Source: an uncultured Gemmatimonadaceae bacterium
GTDB taxonomy: Bacteria > Gemmatimonadota > Gemmatimonadetes > Gemmatimonadales > Gemmatimonadaceae
Direction: 5' to 3'
NCBI GenBank assembly: GCA_963790305.1
Contig: CAWBOC010000002.1
Span: 32,001-96,000, forward strand
DNA length: 64,000 bases
A program made the translations under genes and the position numbers. Every line of letters begins with the position of its first letter. Positions within the stretch are counted from its first letter, which is position 1. This document shows positions 37,649-48,691 of this stretch, piece by piece. The notes beneath the pieces were generated by a model. It searched no databases. It had not been told where the DNA came from and saw only the letters and a program-made list of their open reading frames with translations.

Positions 37649-39158
37649 GCGCGGCCGCCACCATCGAGCCCGCTTCGTCGCGTACCGCTTCGGCCACGCG
37701 GTCGGCGAGAGCCATCACCGTGACGTACGGATTGATCTCGAGCGCATCGGGGAACAGGCTCGAGTCGGCCACGCGGAGCCATGGAATGCCATGGACGCGC
37801 CCCCACGAGTCGGTGACCGAGTCGCGCGTGTCGCGCCCCATTGCGCATCCACCCATGAGGTGCGCCGCCGACACCGAGATCGTGCCGGGCAGGAAATGCC
37901 GCTCCGTCACGAGCTCATCGACGCGATTCGCGTCCTCGCGCTCGATCAGCGGCGGCCGCGCCGACGGCGCGTGCACGCGGAGGGCACCCGCGGCGAAAAA
38001 GATGCGGGCGGACATTTGCGTCGCGCGCACCAGGGACGCAATCGTCCCCCGCGCCAGCTTGTAATGAACCACCGGGCGTCCGTGCCGGTCGACCGCGATC
38101 CGATTGCCATCCGACGCACGGTCCACGGCGAGCACGAGAATCATCTGCAATCGAGGGAACGCGCGCATGAGTCGCGCGTGCGACTCGCCCAACCCAGTGA
38201 GGTTCTTCGCGGTCACGAAGGGGAAGTACATGCAGGTCTCGAGGACGTAGCCCTCCTCCGCCGAGCGGTCGAGGAAATAGCTCTTCGGGTGGCCGACGTC
38301 GTTCGTGATCTGATGGTCGTGTTCCGCCACGAGGATGTGGGCCGGGTGACACGTGAACCCCTGCCCGAGCGCGGGAAGTCGATCGCGGAAGCCCGACCGC
38401 AGCAGGAGCGCGCTCGAACCAATGGACCCGCCGCACAGCACGATCGTGCCCGCTCCGATGCGATATTCGCCCGGTCGCCACTCCGATGGCCGCCCCTTCT
38501 CCCCGGCGCGCTTCTCGCGGACGCGCACGACCACGGCGCGCTCTTCCACACGCAGCACCTCGGCCCGAGTCACGACTTCGACTCCCTGACGTTCCGCCGC
38601 GGGAAGCTGCACGCGATGCGTGCCCTGTTTGGCCAGGTTCGGGCAGCCAAGGTTGCATAACGACGAGCCGACGCAGCCGCGCAGGTTGAGTGGAAACTGC
38701 TCGGCATGAAGACCGATTCGCGCGCACCCCGTGACGAAGAGCCGGTTGTTCTCGTTGAGGTCAGCCTCCTCGAGCAGGTGAACGCCGTTCTCATCCATCA
38801 CGATCTGTGAGCGACGCGCGATGTCGTCGTGGGTGAGACCGGGAACGTCCCAGGCGCGAATCACGCGTTCGGGCGCGACGAGTGACGTGCCAGTGTATAC
38901 GACGGTGGAGCCGCCATACGCGCGGCCGAACGCGAGCGTCATCGTGCCGTCAGCGGTGAGAAACCCGCCACCATCCTCGTACAGCGCGTCGGCCATCTCG
39001 ATCTCGCGCCCGGTGAACTCGTGGTCATCGAGACGCGGGCCCTGCTCGAAGAGGAGGACGCGCAGTCCGTCGCGCGCGAGCGGCGCGAGTGCGCGCGCAA
39101 CGGTTCCTCCTCCGGCCCCGGAGCCGACGATGATGACGTCGGCGTCGACGGAGATCAT
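37641..39158 (-). CDS. GMC-family FAD oxidoreductase
   Basis: DVIIVGSGAGG, GRAYGGSTVV, CVGSSLCNLGC, AHLMGGCAMG, VADSSLFP..NPYVTVMALA. Confidence 0.9.
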   Translation of the reverse strand: MISVDADVIIVGSGAGGGTVARALAPLARDGLRVLLFEQGPRLDDHEFTGREIEMADALYEDGGGFLTADGTMTLAFGRAYGGSTVVYTGTSLVAPERVIRAWDVPGLTHDDIARRSQIVMDENGVHLLEEADLNENNRLFVTGCARIGLHAEQFPLNLRGCVGSSLCNLGCPNLAKQGTHRVQLPAAERQGVEVVTRAEVLRVEERAVVVRVREKRAGEKGRPSEWRPGEYRIGAGTIVLCGGSIGSSALLLRSGFRDRLPALGQGFTCHPAHILVAEHDHQITNDVGHPKSYFLDRSAEEGYVLETCMYFPFVTAKNLTGLGESHARLMRAFPRLQMILVLAVDRASDGNRIAVDRHGRPVVHYKLARGTIASLVRATQMSARIFFAAGALRVHAPSARPPLIEREDANRVDELVTERHFLPGTISVSAAHLMGGCAMGRDTRDSVTDSWGRVHGIPWLRVADSSLFPDALEINPYVTVMALADRVAEAVRDEAGSMVAAARG

Positions 39159-39559
39159 CGGCGCACCGCCCAGCCCCGAGCGCTGGCGCGGTAGCCGAGG
39201 GTGGTCTGCACTTCCGGCCGCGCGTAGTAGCCGAGGAAGATGAGGGTGCGCAGTCCCCAGACGCCGCGGCGCACGAGTGGAATCGGCGAGTACTGCATGG
39301 CGTCGAGGAAACGCGCTCGGCGGGCCGCACCGAGCGCGTGGAAGCGCCGCCCCCAGCGGAAAAGGGGAAGGGTGTCGAGTATTCGGACGAGCAGCGTCAG
39401 CTGCCGCCGCGCCGCGGGCGGTCGCTTGGCCAGCACCTGCGCGATGGATGCGTTGACCTCGCGCCACGCCGCTTCGTCGAGCGTGGCGGCGTCCGGCACC
39501 ATCGTTATGGCGAGAGCACGAAAGGGCGCCTGGAGCGAGCTCGGAAGGGCCGTGTCCAC
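39155..39559 (-). CDS. Gluconate 2-dehydrogenase subunit 3-like partner of the GMC enzyme
   Basis: RFHALGAARRARFL, LRTLIFLGYY, LGY motifs; stop overlaps the GMC start. Confidence 0.7.
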   Translation of the reverse strand: MDTALPSSLQAPFRALAITMVPDAATLDEAAWREVNASIAQVLAKRPPAARRQLTLLVRILDTLPLFRWGRRFHALGAARRARFLDAMQYSPIPLVRRGVWGLRTLIFLGYYARPEVQTTLGYRASARGWAVRR

Positions 39560-39621
39560 GTGCGCCAAGGTAGCCTTGGGCCCGGAGTCACGCGAGACGC
39601 CCTGCTGGCACAACAGCATTA

Positions 39622-39827
39622 CTGGCATCCAGGTTCAAAGGGGGGACGCGGATAACACGGATTTAGCGGATCAGGCGGATCGTTCTTGGAGCCGTGAACT
39701 CTCCTCGCGCAACAACAAAAACAACTGTCTTTGTGGCTGCAGAGGAAAGTTCAATGCGCCCAGGAACAATCCGCCTGATCCGCCAAATCCGTGTTATCCG
39801 CGTCCCAACTTTGAACCTGGATGCCAG
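39622..39827. mobile_element. ~206-bp non-coding hairpin element, copy 2
   Basis: Perfect 19-bp terminal inverted repeat CTGGCATCCAGGTTCAAAG/CTTTGAACCTGGATGCCAG, CGGAT tandem arms, core GAACTCTCCTCGCGCA shared with copy 1. Confidence 0.8.
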
Positions 39828-39843
39828 CGCTAAACTGTTAGGC

Positions 39844-40878
39844 TCAATGACAAACGCCACCGCCAGAATCGCGAGACGTACCGCCCTCGACCGGAATGAA
39901 AGACCACGCATACCGGTTGTTACCGAGCGCGAGTGCGAGCACGCCGTGCGTGTCGTTGATTCGCGCTTCGCTGTTCGGAAGAATGGTCGAAAACTCGTAA
40001 AACCCCGCGCCCCCGGTTCCGACGGTGAAGTGCCGAATGCCCCGTCGCGTATCGAGGTTCCCCTCGGGATCCTGCGGCGCGAACCGCTCGTAGAGATGGT
40101 CGTGTCCGGAGACGACGACGTCGACGCCTCTGGCGTACAGGATGTCCCAGAACTGCTGCATCTCGTATTGGCTCCCGTGCCGTCCGGAGCTGAAGCGCGG
40201 GTGGTGGAAGTACGCGATCGTGCACCGGGTTCGGTGGCGCGCGAGATCGGCGATGAGCCAGAGGCGTTGCGCGACGTCCCCAACGCAGGTGCGGCCATCC
40301 TCTGGAGAGGTTTTTGGCGGCGGGCAGGCGGACCACTGCGTCATGCTGTTCAACACGATGACGTGCCACCGGCCCAGGTCGTAGCTGTAGTAGCCGCCGG
40401 GCGGCGTACTCACCGGGAAGAAGTAGGCGAAGTAACCAGCGGCTCCCGGCGTCAGATACTCGTGGTTGCCGGGCGCCGGCCGCGTGCGCGCCTTGTGCCG
40501 GCCCCAGGTCGGCTCATAGCACAACAGATAATCCGACAGAGATCCGAACTCGTAGGCGTTGTCACCGACCGCCATGACGGTGCCCGGAATTCGGTCGAGT
40601 ATGCGCGCCGTCGATTCCGCTGGCGTTAGGTGTGGTGGCGTGATCTCGGCGGGATTCTCGGGGTCATAGCAGCGCGCAATGTCTCCCGCGCCGACCAGAA
40701 TTGGCGGTCCTCCTGGGGCGGCCCATGGATTCCGGGGCAGGTCGACGAGCCAACGGGCGAGATCGACGTCGGGGCTCTCTTCTGCGGGCGGTGCTGAAGG
40801 GGAATCGTTGCAGGCCGCGATGGCGAGTGCGCCAATCATCGCGGGAATGACGCCGCGAATTGGACGAAGGGCTCTCAT
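39844..40878 (-). CDS. Calcineurin-like metallophosphoesterase lipoprotein (purple acid phosphatase-like)
   Basis: Lipobox IAAC; GDIA, GDNAY, PGNHEY, FHHP, SGHDHLYER; GAGGAGG RBS. Confidence 0.9.
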   Translation of the reverse strand: MRALRPIRGVIPAMIGALAIAACNDSPSAPPAEESPDVDLARWLVDLPRNPWAAPGGPPILVGAGDIARCYDPENPAEITPPHLTPAESTARILDRIPGTVMAVGDNAYEFGSLSDYLLCYEPTWGRHKARTRPAPGNHEYLTPGAAGYFAYFFPVSTPPGGYYSYDLGRWHVIVLNSMTQWSACPPPKTSPEDGRTCVGDVAQRLWLIADLARHRTRCTIAYFHHPRFSSGRHGSQYEMQQFWDILYARGVDVVVSGHDHLYERFAPQDPEGNLDTRRGIRHFTVGTGGAGFYEFSTILPNSEARINDTHGVLALALGNNRYAWSFIPVEGGTSRDSGGGVCH

Positions 40879-41048
40879 GCTGACGGTCCTCCTCTGCGTC
40901 AAAATGATCTCTGGCCAGGTCACTCGGCAAAAGGCCGGCCGCCCGGCGACGCAGAACCCGAAACCTCCAATCAAACCCTCCGGTACGTCCTAATGTCCCA
41001 TCCCTCGCGAGCCGAACTGGCCCGCTCAAACCGTCGCTCGGGGGAACA

Positions 41049-42077
41049 ATGCTCAGGTTACGCTACTTCGCCGCGCTCGCCATCGCGGCGCCGCTCGTCG
41101 CGCAGACGCCGGAACGGCACACGCTGCGCGGCACTCGTGTCGCCGTCTACGATCTCGTTGGAGATGTTCGCGTCGTCGAAGGTACGGGACGCGATGTCGT
41201 GGTCGAGGTGACGCGTCGGGGCGCGGACGCCAGTCAATTGCGTGTCGAGACGGGCGACATCGGCGGGGTGCCGACGCTTCGCGTCATCTTCCCCTTTGAC
41301 CGCATCAGCTACCGCGACGAGCACGGCAACTACAGCATCTCCGACCTCCGCGTGCGCGACGACGGCACCTTCGGTCACGGAGGCGGCCGGCGCATCTCGA
41401 TCTCTTCTCGCTCGGGCGCCGAGGCGGCGGCCGACCTCGTCGTGCGCGTGCCCTCGGGTACCACGCTCGATCTCAAGGTCGGCGTCGGCAGCGTGTCCGC
41501 CGAGGGAACGGGTTCCGATCTCTCACTCGACGTCATCGCGGCCAATGTCACGCTCAGCGGGACGCGGGGTAACGTGCTCGTGGAGACGGCGTCCGGAAGC
41601 GTCGAGGCACGGGACACCCAGGGGAACCTCGACATCGACACCGGCTCCGGAAGCGTGGAGCTCAAGGGCGTCCGCGCGACCAGCCTTCGCGTCGATACCG
41701 GCTCGGGCTCGGTGCAATGCGAGAACGTGACCGCCGACGAGATCGACATCGACACGGGATCTGGCGCGGTCGACATCGGAACGGCGAGCGCGAGAACCGT
41801 TCGCGTGGATGTCGGCAGCGGCTCCGTCGACGTCGCGCTCTCTCGTGAGGCGAAGGATGTCTACGTCGACACCGGCTCCGGCAGCGTGACGTTACGCGTG
41901 CCGGAATCGATCGGCGCTGACGTCGACTTCTCCACCGGCAGCGGCGACATCGACAGCGACCTCCCGATCACGATTCAGGGGCGCGGCCGCGGCTCGCTCA
42001 AGGGACGCATTGGCGACGGTGCCGCGCACATCACGGTGTCGACGGGCTCGGGGGGGATCCGGATCCGTCGCGCGTAG
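41049..42077 (+). CDS. DUF4097 beta-strand repeat protein, secreted
   Basis: Signal peptide; about eight DTGSGSV-type repeats with ~19-20 aa period. Confidence 0.85.
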   Translation: MLRLRYFAALAIAAPLVAQTPERHTLRGTRVAVYDLVGDVRVVEGTGRDVVVEVTRRGADASQLRVETGDIGGVPTLRVIFPFDRISYRDEHGNYSISDLRVRDDGTFGHGGGRRISISSRSGAEAAADLVVRVPSGTTLDLKVGVGSVSAEGTGSDLSLDVIAANVTLSGTRGNVLVETASGSVEARDTQGNLDIDTGSGSVELKGVRATSLRVDTGSGSVQCENVTADEIDIDTGSGAVDIGTASARTVRVDVGSGSVDVALSREAKDVYVDTGSGSVTLRVPESIGADVDFSTGSGDIDSDLPITIQGRGRGSLKGRIGDGAAHITVSTGSGGIRIRRA

Positions 42078-42549
42078 GCAGGTGGTCGAAGCTGAGAACG
42101 CGCGGGATGATCCACCCGCCGTCCTTCTTCTGCCAGAGCGTTACGAACCGGGCGACCGTGTAGGTGGGTGCACCGCGCTCTCTGAATGTGTGCACCCCCA
42201 CCTGCACGGCGCCGAAATCCTTGATCGGGTAGACGCGCAGGGTGCCGGGGACGAGCTCTCGGCGTATGCCTCGCTCGCGAGGGCATGATTCGGTGAGCCG
42301 CCGGAAGGATTCGCGAACCTGCGGCCCGCGCTCGAGGCCTGTCTTGTCGTGATAGAACTCAATGTCGTCGGTGAACAGTGAGTTCGTCTTCTTGATGTCG
42401 CAGCTGACGAAGGCGGCATCGAAAAGGATGCTGTCCATGCGAGCGAGCTCATCGTACAGCGGGCCCGACGTCGAAGGATCGGACTGGGCCGCAGCGGACA
42501 CGGCGAGCATGGCCGACAGCGCGCCGGCGAGCCAGGTGGACGTGCGCAA
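42031..42549 (-). CDS. NTF2-like (DUF4440) secreted protein
   Basis: GGAGG RBS before TTG; signal peptide; DSILFDAAF..CD, EFYHDKTG, RRELVPG, GAVQVGVHTF, RVLSFDH. Confidence 0.8.
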   Translation of the reverse strand: MRTSTWLAGALSAMLAVSAAAQSDPSTSGPLYDELARMDSILFDAAFVSCDIKKTNSLFTDDIEFYHDKTGLERGPQVRESFRRLTESCPRERGIRRELVPGTLRVYPIKDFGAVQVGVHTFRERGAPTYTVARFVTLWQKKDGGWIIPRVLSFDHLPTRDGSGSPPSPSTP

Positions 42550-42582
42550 CGTTGCCTCCAGGTGGTCAGCGAGATACAGCCC

Positions 42583-43970
42583 CTACGCCGACGTACTGGA
42601 ATGGTTTCCCGCGAGCACCGGTGCGACGGGCGCAGCGATCGGAATGATGAGTCGCGCCTCGGCGCCGCGCGCCTCGGCACGATTGTGCAGCGTGAGTGTG
42701 CCGCCGTGCGCCTCCGCGATCTGCCGACTCAATACGAGACCAATGCCTGTACCGTCGGCCTTCGTGGTATAGAATGGCACGAACAGGTTCGCGCTGTGCG
42801 CGATCCCATGCCCATCGTCGATCACTCGGAGCTCGAGGGCATCGTCGTTGCGTTGCCACTCCACGCGTACCGAGCCTCCCGTCTCGATCGTCGCGTCGAC
42901 GGCGTTGCGCACCAGGTTGATCAGGAGCTGCTCGAGCTGATCGGCGTCGGCCTGAATGCGAAGCGCAGGGCCCTCGCGGACCTCGACGCGCGCTCGCTTC
43001 TCGAGCTCGGCCGCGCGATGCACCCACGCCGAGACATCGACGGTTGACATGCGCGGGCGCGGGAGTCTGGCGAGTCTCGTGTAGGACGTCATGAATCGAC
43101 CCAGCGATTCCGAGCGCGCGCCAATGATGGAGAGTCCCCGCTCGACGTCCTGCAGCCAGTCGTCAGGCCGTGGCGATCGGCGTAGCAGCTGTTGAATGCT
43201 TCCCACGATCGAGCGAATGGGCGCCAGCGAGTTGTTGATCTCGTGACCGAGCACACGCACGAGTCGCTGCCACGCCTGGCGCTCTTCATCGCGAAGCGCC
43301 CGGCTCAGGTCCGAGACGACGACCAGCTGGTGGGGAAGCCCTCCCTGCCGGAACGTGCTTCGCCGGATCTCGACGCGCCCTGACGGGCGCGTGCGATCGC
43401 CGCCAGGCAAAAAGGAGTCGACGACGCGGCGCGGCTCTCCGTCGAGAAAGGCTTGCAGCCCCAGGTCCGATGCCTGACGACCGAGCAGTCGCTCGGCCGA
43501 TTGCCCAACGAGTCGCCCGCCGGCGCGATTGACGAGACGGAGTGCGTTGTGGTCGTCGAACGCGAAGATGGCGACGTCGATCTCCTCCATGATCCGGCGA
43601 AGCAGCGCGGTCGCCTCGAGTGCGCCGAGCCGCTGGTCGCGGAGCGGATCGCGGAGCGCGTTGACCTCGTGCATTGCCTGACCGAGCGCGTCATCGAGGC
43701 GGCCGCCGCGCGCGCGGATGGAGTAGTCGCCCTCTCGTAAGGCAGCGATGAGATTCGCCAGCGTCTGCAGCGGCCGTACGACCCGTTCGCGCAGGGCGAT
43801 CGCGAAGAGCCACCAGAACAGGAGCACCAGCAGCGAGAGCGTCCACGAAAGCTTGAGCGAGTAGTTTCCCGTCCAGAGCAGGACGAGCGAGACGATAACG
43901 GCCGGAAGGCCGCCAGCGAGGGCGAGCCGTTGGACGTATTGGTCGTGATCGAGACGCTGGCGTCGTCGCT

Positions 43971-43974
<4 letters not shown>
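42583..43974 (-). CDS. Sensor histidine kinase (HAMP-PAS-HisKA-HATPase, NtrY-like)
   Basis: Two TMs; AWQRLVRVLGHEINNSLAPI, NLVRNAVDA, DDGHGI, FVPFYTTK, GTGIGL. Confidence 0.92.
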
Positions 43975-45341
<1,367 letters not shown>

Positions 45342-45400
45342 GTCCGGGAAGGTATTGCGGGGGTGGCGAGTGGGGGAGACGATGGTCTCCGACCGAAGCT

Positions 45401-47593
45401 TCACGCATTGTGGGGCACCTTGACCACGACGTTCGTGGTCGACGCGTTCCCAGAGACGTCGGTGCACCGCACGGTGATCGTGTAGATCCGCTCCGCACCC
45501 GGGCCCGACCGCTCGGCCCTGACGTTCAGCGTGAGGGCACCGGTGATCTCCCAATCCGGCTGCGTGTTGCCGTCACCAATGCCATTGGCGGGTTCATTGC
45601 TCGCAACCGACACGATGCGGCAGGTCGGGTTCGCGTCGCAGATATCGGTCACGTCGACCGTAATGACCGCCGGCCGCATCTTGTGATTCGGCGGCCAGAG
45701 CGTGTTCGGCGTCGCGATGGCGGAATGGATTTCGGGCGGAGTGGTGTCCACGACCTCGATCACGACCTCAGCGCGGCTCGCGCCGCCGAAGCCGTCGTCG
45801 GCAATGACGGTAATGACGTGTCGTCCGAGTGGAAGTGCCACGGTGGGCTGTACGCCAGTGACCGTCCCGAACGGCCCACTCCATTCGAGGTGGAGGGCGT
45901 CGCCGTCGGGATCACTCGAGAGGCGCCCGTCCAGCTGCAGCGTCGCTCCGTGATGGCGATTGCATTCGACCGTCCGGTCGCTGCCTGCACTCGCCACCGG
46001 GCGGCGGTTGATGATCCACTCGCCGTCGTGCTTGATGTCGTTGTAGTTGAGCCAGATGTCGCCGCGAGCGGGATCAGCGAGCCGCAGCCGGCCGTTCGCA
46101 TGTCCGTTCACCGGCACCGAGAAAACGAAGCCGTCATCGCCGAACTCCTCGAGGCAGGCGCGGCCCCCCTGGTGCCACTCCCCCTCACGCGCTGTGACGC
46201 GCCAGGTGTTGCTCACCCTGTCATTCCACTCCGACGCATTCCGGCTCGTCTCGGACCTGGGGCGGGCGCAGGCGAACCGATGACGTCCGGAGGGCTCAGC
46301 CGAGCTCCAGCGACCATCCGATCCTCGCAGCACCGCCGCGTTCCCACCAGTGCCTCGGTCGCCGGCTCGCCAGCTCCACACTGCGTACGGCTGCCGCTCC
46401 TCGTTGGGCTCGCGGTCCGCGAAATCGATTCCCGGATCGCGAGACGCGCCGAAGAGGTCGAAGCTGATCAACGGGATGTTGCACGCAGCGAGATTGACCA
46501 CGTCGGCCGGCTCGACCAGCCCCGGATGATCGGATGAAAGCCAGAGCAGCGCCGTCCGATCCTCGCCGATGACGCGAAACTGGTTGTTGGCGATGAGCAG
46601 CGTCTGCCGGGTTTGCGGCGTGTCGCCGTCCGTCTCTACGGTCGTGCAGATGTCGACGATACCGCCCGACTTCTCGACCTCGAAGTTCTTCACGTAGCGG
46701 ATGTCCTGGTTGGCCGGCATGTAGCCATTGTGCGTCAGTCCGCCGAACTCAATGCCGAGCGCGCCGATGATGACCTGCTTGTCCATGGCGAGCAGCTCGC
46801 GGCGTGACGGCCAGCGGTTTACCAGGTCCCCAACGCGATCGGCCCTGCTGAAGATCTTCGATCCGAAGAAGGCGTTCAGTGGCTGGACAACCTCGCTGGT
46901 GTGTCCCTCGACGTACGCCTCGAAGTCCAGAATCACGATCTCTTCGTCATTATCCTCGAGCCATTCCGAAATCTCCTGGATGCCAAACCCAAACGAGCGG
47001 TCGAGCGGGCTGCACCCGACGTGCTGCTCCTCCGGTTCTTCCCCCTCGTCTTCCTCGAGATCCGCGCCGTGACACAGCCGGACCAAGCCGTTGAACCAGT
47101 GCAGGTCGAGCCAGAGCATACGCGAGCCGAGATCGAGCTGGTCGCTCATCGACCACACCTGGTTCGGGTCGAGGACGTAGCCGTCAGCCCAGTTGTTGAA
47201 AGCGTTGTGCGTCGCGAGGTGCGTGACCCAGTTGATGGGCTCATCGATCGCGAGGGTCCGCTGATTCGCGAGCGCCCAGTCCGCCCACGTTCCCCGGAAG
47301 TCCGCGCCCACGAAATGACGATGGTCGTTGATGCAGCGGTCGTCGCTCGTGACGAGGGGTGTCCCGCGATTGTCCAACGCCAAGCCTCGATCGCACCGCG
47401 GACCGCTCTCCAACGGAGCACAAGCCGCCCCGCCCTCGAACCCACAGTCGGGAACAACCGAGTTGGCACTCAGCGCCACTTCCGGAGGGCTGCCACTGGG
47501 CTCGGGTGACGTCAGATCGTCTCTTCGATCCGAGCAGGCGATCGTTGCGAGGACGACGAACCCAATGGCGATACGACTCCGGAGCGTCTGCAT
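45401..47593 (-). CDS. PI-PLC-like phosphodiesterase lipoprotein with lectin-like, PKD and HYR-like C-terminal domains
   Basis: Lipobox TIAC; ATHNAFN, NQVWSMSDQLDLGSRMLWLDLHW, RLCHG; FACA..AC..FSVPVNG..IWLNY; LDGRLSSDPDGD; TLWPPNHKM. Confidence 0.75.
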   Translation of the reverse strand: MQTLRSRIAIGFVVLATIACSDRRDDLTSPEPSGSPPEVALSANSVVPDCGFEGGAACAPLESGPRCDRGLALDNRGTPLVTSDDRCINDHRHFVGADFRGTWADWALANQRTLAIDEPINWVTHLATHNAFNNWADGYVLDPNQVWSMSDQLDLGSRMLWLDLHWFNGLVRLCHGADLEEDEGEEPEEQHVGCSPLDRSFGFGIQEISEWLEDNDEEIVILDFEAYVEGHTSEVVQPLNAFFGSKIFSRADRVGDLVNRWPSRRELLAMDKQVIIGALGIEFGGLTHNGYMPANQDIRYVKNFEVEKSGGIVDICTTVETDGDTPQTRQTLLIANNQFRVIGEDRTALLWLSSDHPGLVEPADVVNLAACNIPLISFDLFGASRDPGIDFADREPNEERQPYAVWSWRAGDRGTGGNAAVLRGSDGRWSSAEPSGRHRFACARPRSETSRNASEWNDRVSNTWRVTAREGEWHQGGRACLEEFGDDGFVFSVPVNGHANGRLRLADPARGDIWLNYNDIKHDGEWIINRRPVASAGSDRTVECNRHHGATLQLDGRLSSDPDGDALHLEWSGPFGTVTGVQPTVALPLGRHVITVIADDGFGGASRAEVVIEVVDTTPPEIHSAIATPNTLWPPNHKMRPAVITVDVTDICDANPTCRIVSVASNEPANGIGDGNTQPDWEITGALTLNVRAERSGPGAERIYTITVRCTDVSGNASTTNVVVKVPHNA

Positions 47594-47896
47594 TGGCGCA
47601 CCTCGTCGAGAGGAAGCTCTGCGGCCGCGGACTTCTGTTTTGGACATCGAAGGGGAGTCGCTCGCGAGCCCCAGCGGAGCAGGGGAGCTCGCTGCACACG
47701 GTGCGACCGGACGTCAGCAGACCGGGTTGCGCTGAATGACTCTTCCGGGCCTAGGATACGCCGGGAGCTCGAGCGACGCAACCACAAGGTATCCGGGACC
47801 ACCGGGGTCTCATCGGTCGTCGTTAGGGTGTTGTGGCGCCACACCTCCCTCGCCTAACGCCTCATTGTGACCGACCGGAACCTCCTCCGCCCGGGT

Positions 47897-48691
47897 CTAA
47901 GCGATTCGCTCGGGTTCCAGAACTCTCTCCACGACCTTGCCATTGACGACGCTGACGTAGTACACCTTCGCGCCCGCGCGCGTCGACACCACGCGCTTGA
48001 CCTCGTTGTCCTCGAAGTAAATGCCTGCATCGTTGTCGCAGGCGTATCCGGGCTTCATTTCACCCGAGCCGATCAGCTTCTGATACAAGGGTCTGCGCCC
48101 GGGTTCACGATCGTAGTGCGGAGAATGGCTGCCCTTCAGAAATCCCAGCCCTTTGACCGTCGTGAGCTCCTTCGGCCTGGAATCCGTCGTTCCCTCCTCG
48201 AACCAGCAGAGCGAGCCCGCACTGGCGCCGCCGAGCACGATGCCTCGATCCCATGCTTGCCTGAGAACCACATCGATACCTTGCGCCTTCCAGATCGCCT
48301 GCTGATTCAGCGTGTTACCGCCTGAGGCGACGATCCCATCCATCGAGAGAAAGACCTCCTCCCAGCTCTGCGCTTGTCGTGTGCTGGCGATGAAGCTCTC
48401 CTGGACGAAGGGCCGAACATCGAGCTCCGCGCAGTTCTTGAACCAGGTGATGATCCCATCGGCGCGATCGGCCGAGGCGGTCGGCAGATAACAGAGCCGC
48501 GGCCACTTCTTTCCGGTGAGCTCCGCCATGTAGCGAATGAAGGCTTGGCCAAATCCGCCACCAGCGATCAGGATCTTCCGTGTCGCTGCGCCGCTGCGCG
48601 ACACGCCTTGCAGATCGGCGGCGCGAAGGTGACCGGTCCAGAGCGCCAGGGAGCCCGCGGCTGACGAGAGAACGAACTGTCGTCTCTTCAT
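47897..48691 (-). CDS. Peptidase E (family S51) with Tat signal peptide
   Basis: MKRRQFV twin-arginine signal; YLPTASAD, GGNTLN, GASAG nucleophile, PHYD; GGAGG RBS. Confidence 0.88.
   Translation of the reverse strand: MKRRQFVLSSAAGSLALWTGHLRAADLQGVSRSGAATRKILIAGGGFGQAFIRYMAELTGKKWPRLCYLPTASADRADGIITWFKNCAELDVRPFVQESFIASTRQAQSWEEVFLSMDGIVASGGNTLNQQAIWKAQGIDVVLRQAWDRGIVLGGASAGSLCWFEEGTTDSRPKELTTVKGLGFLKGSHSPHYDREPGRRPLYQKLIGSGEMKPGYACDNDAGIYFEDNEVKRVVSTRAGAKVYYVSVVNGKVVERVLEPERIA

Noticed and set aside
2370..39827. Short repeat arrays as CRISPR arrays
   Set aside because: Units are 7-10 nt, tandem and inverted, with no unique 25-45 nt spacers and no cas genes.
40915..40990. c-di-GMP-I riboswitch-like GGCAAA...GACGCA on the plus strand
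   Set aside because: No GNRA tetraloop stem or receptor helix in the right positions; it would need an Rfam hit.
42031..42077. 47-nt convergent overlap of the DUF4097 and DUF4440 genes
   Set aside because: Short tail overlaps are common in GC-rich genomes and both domains are complete.
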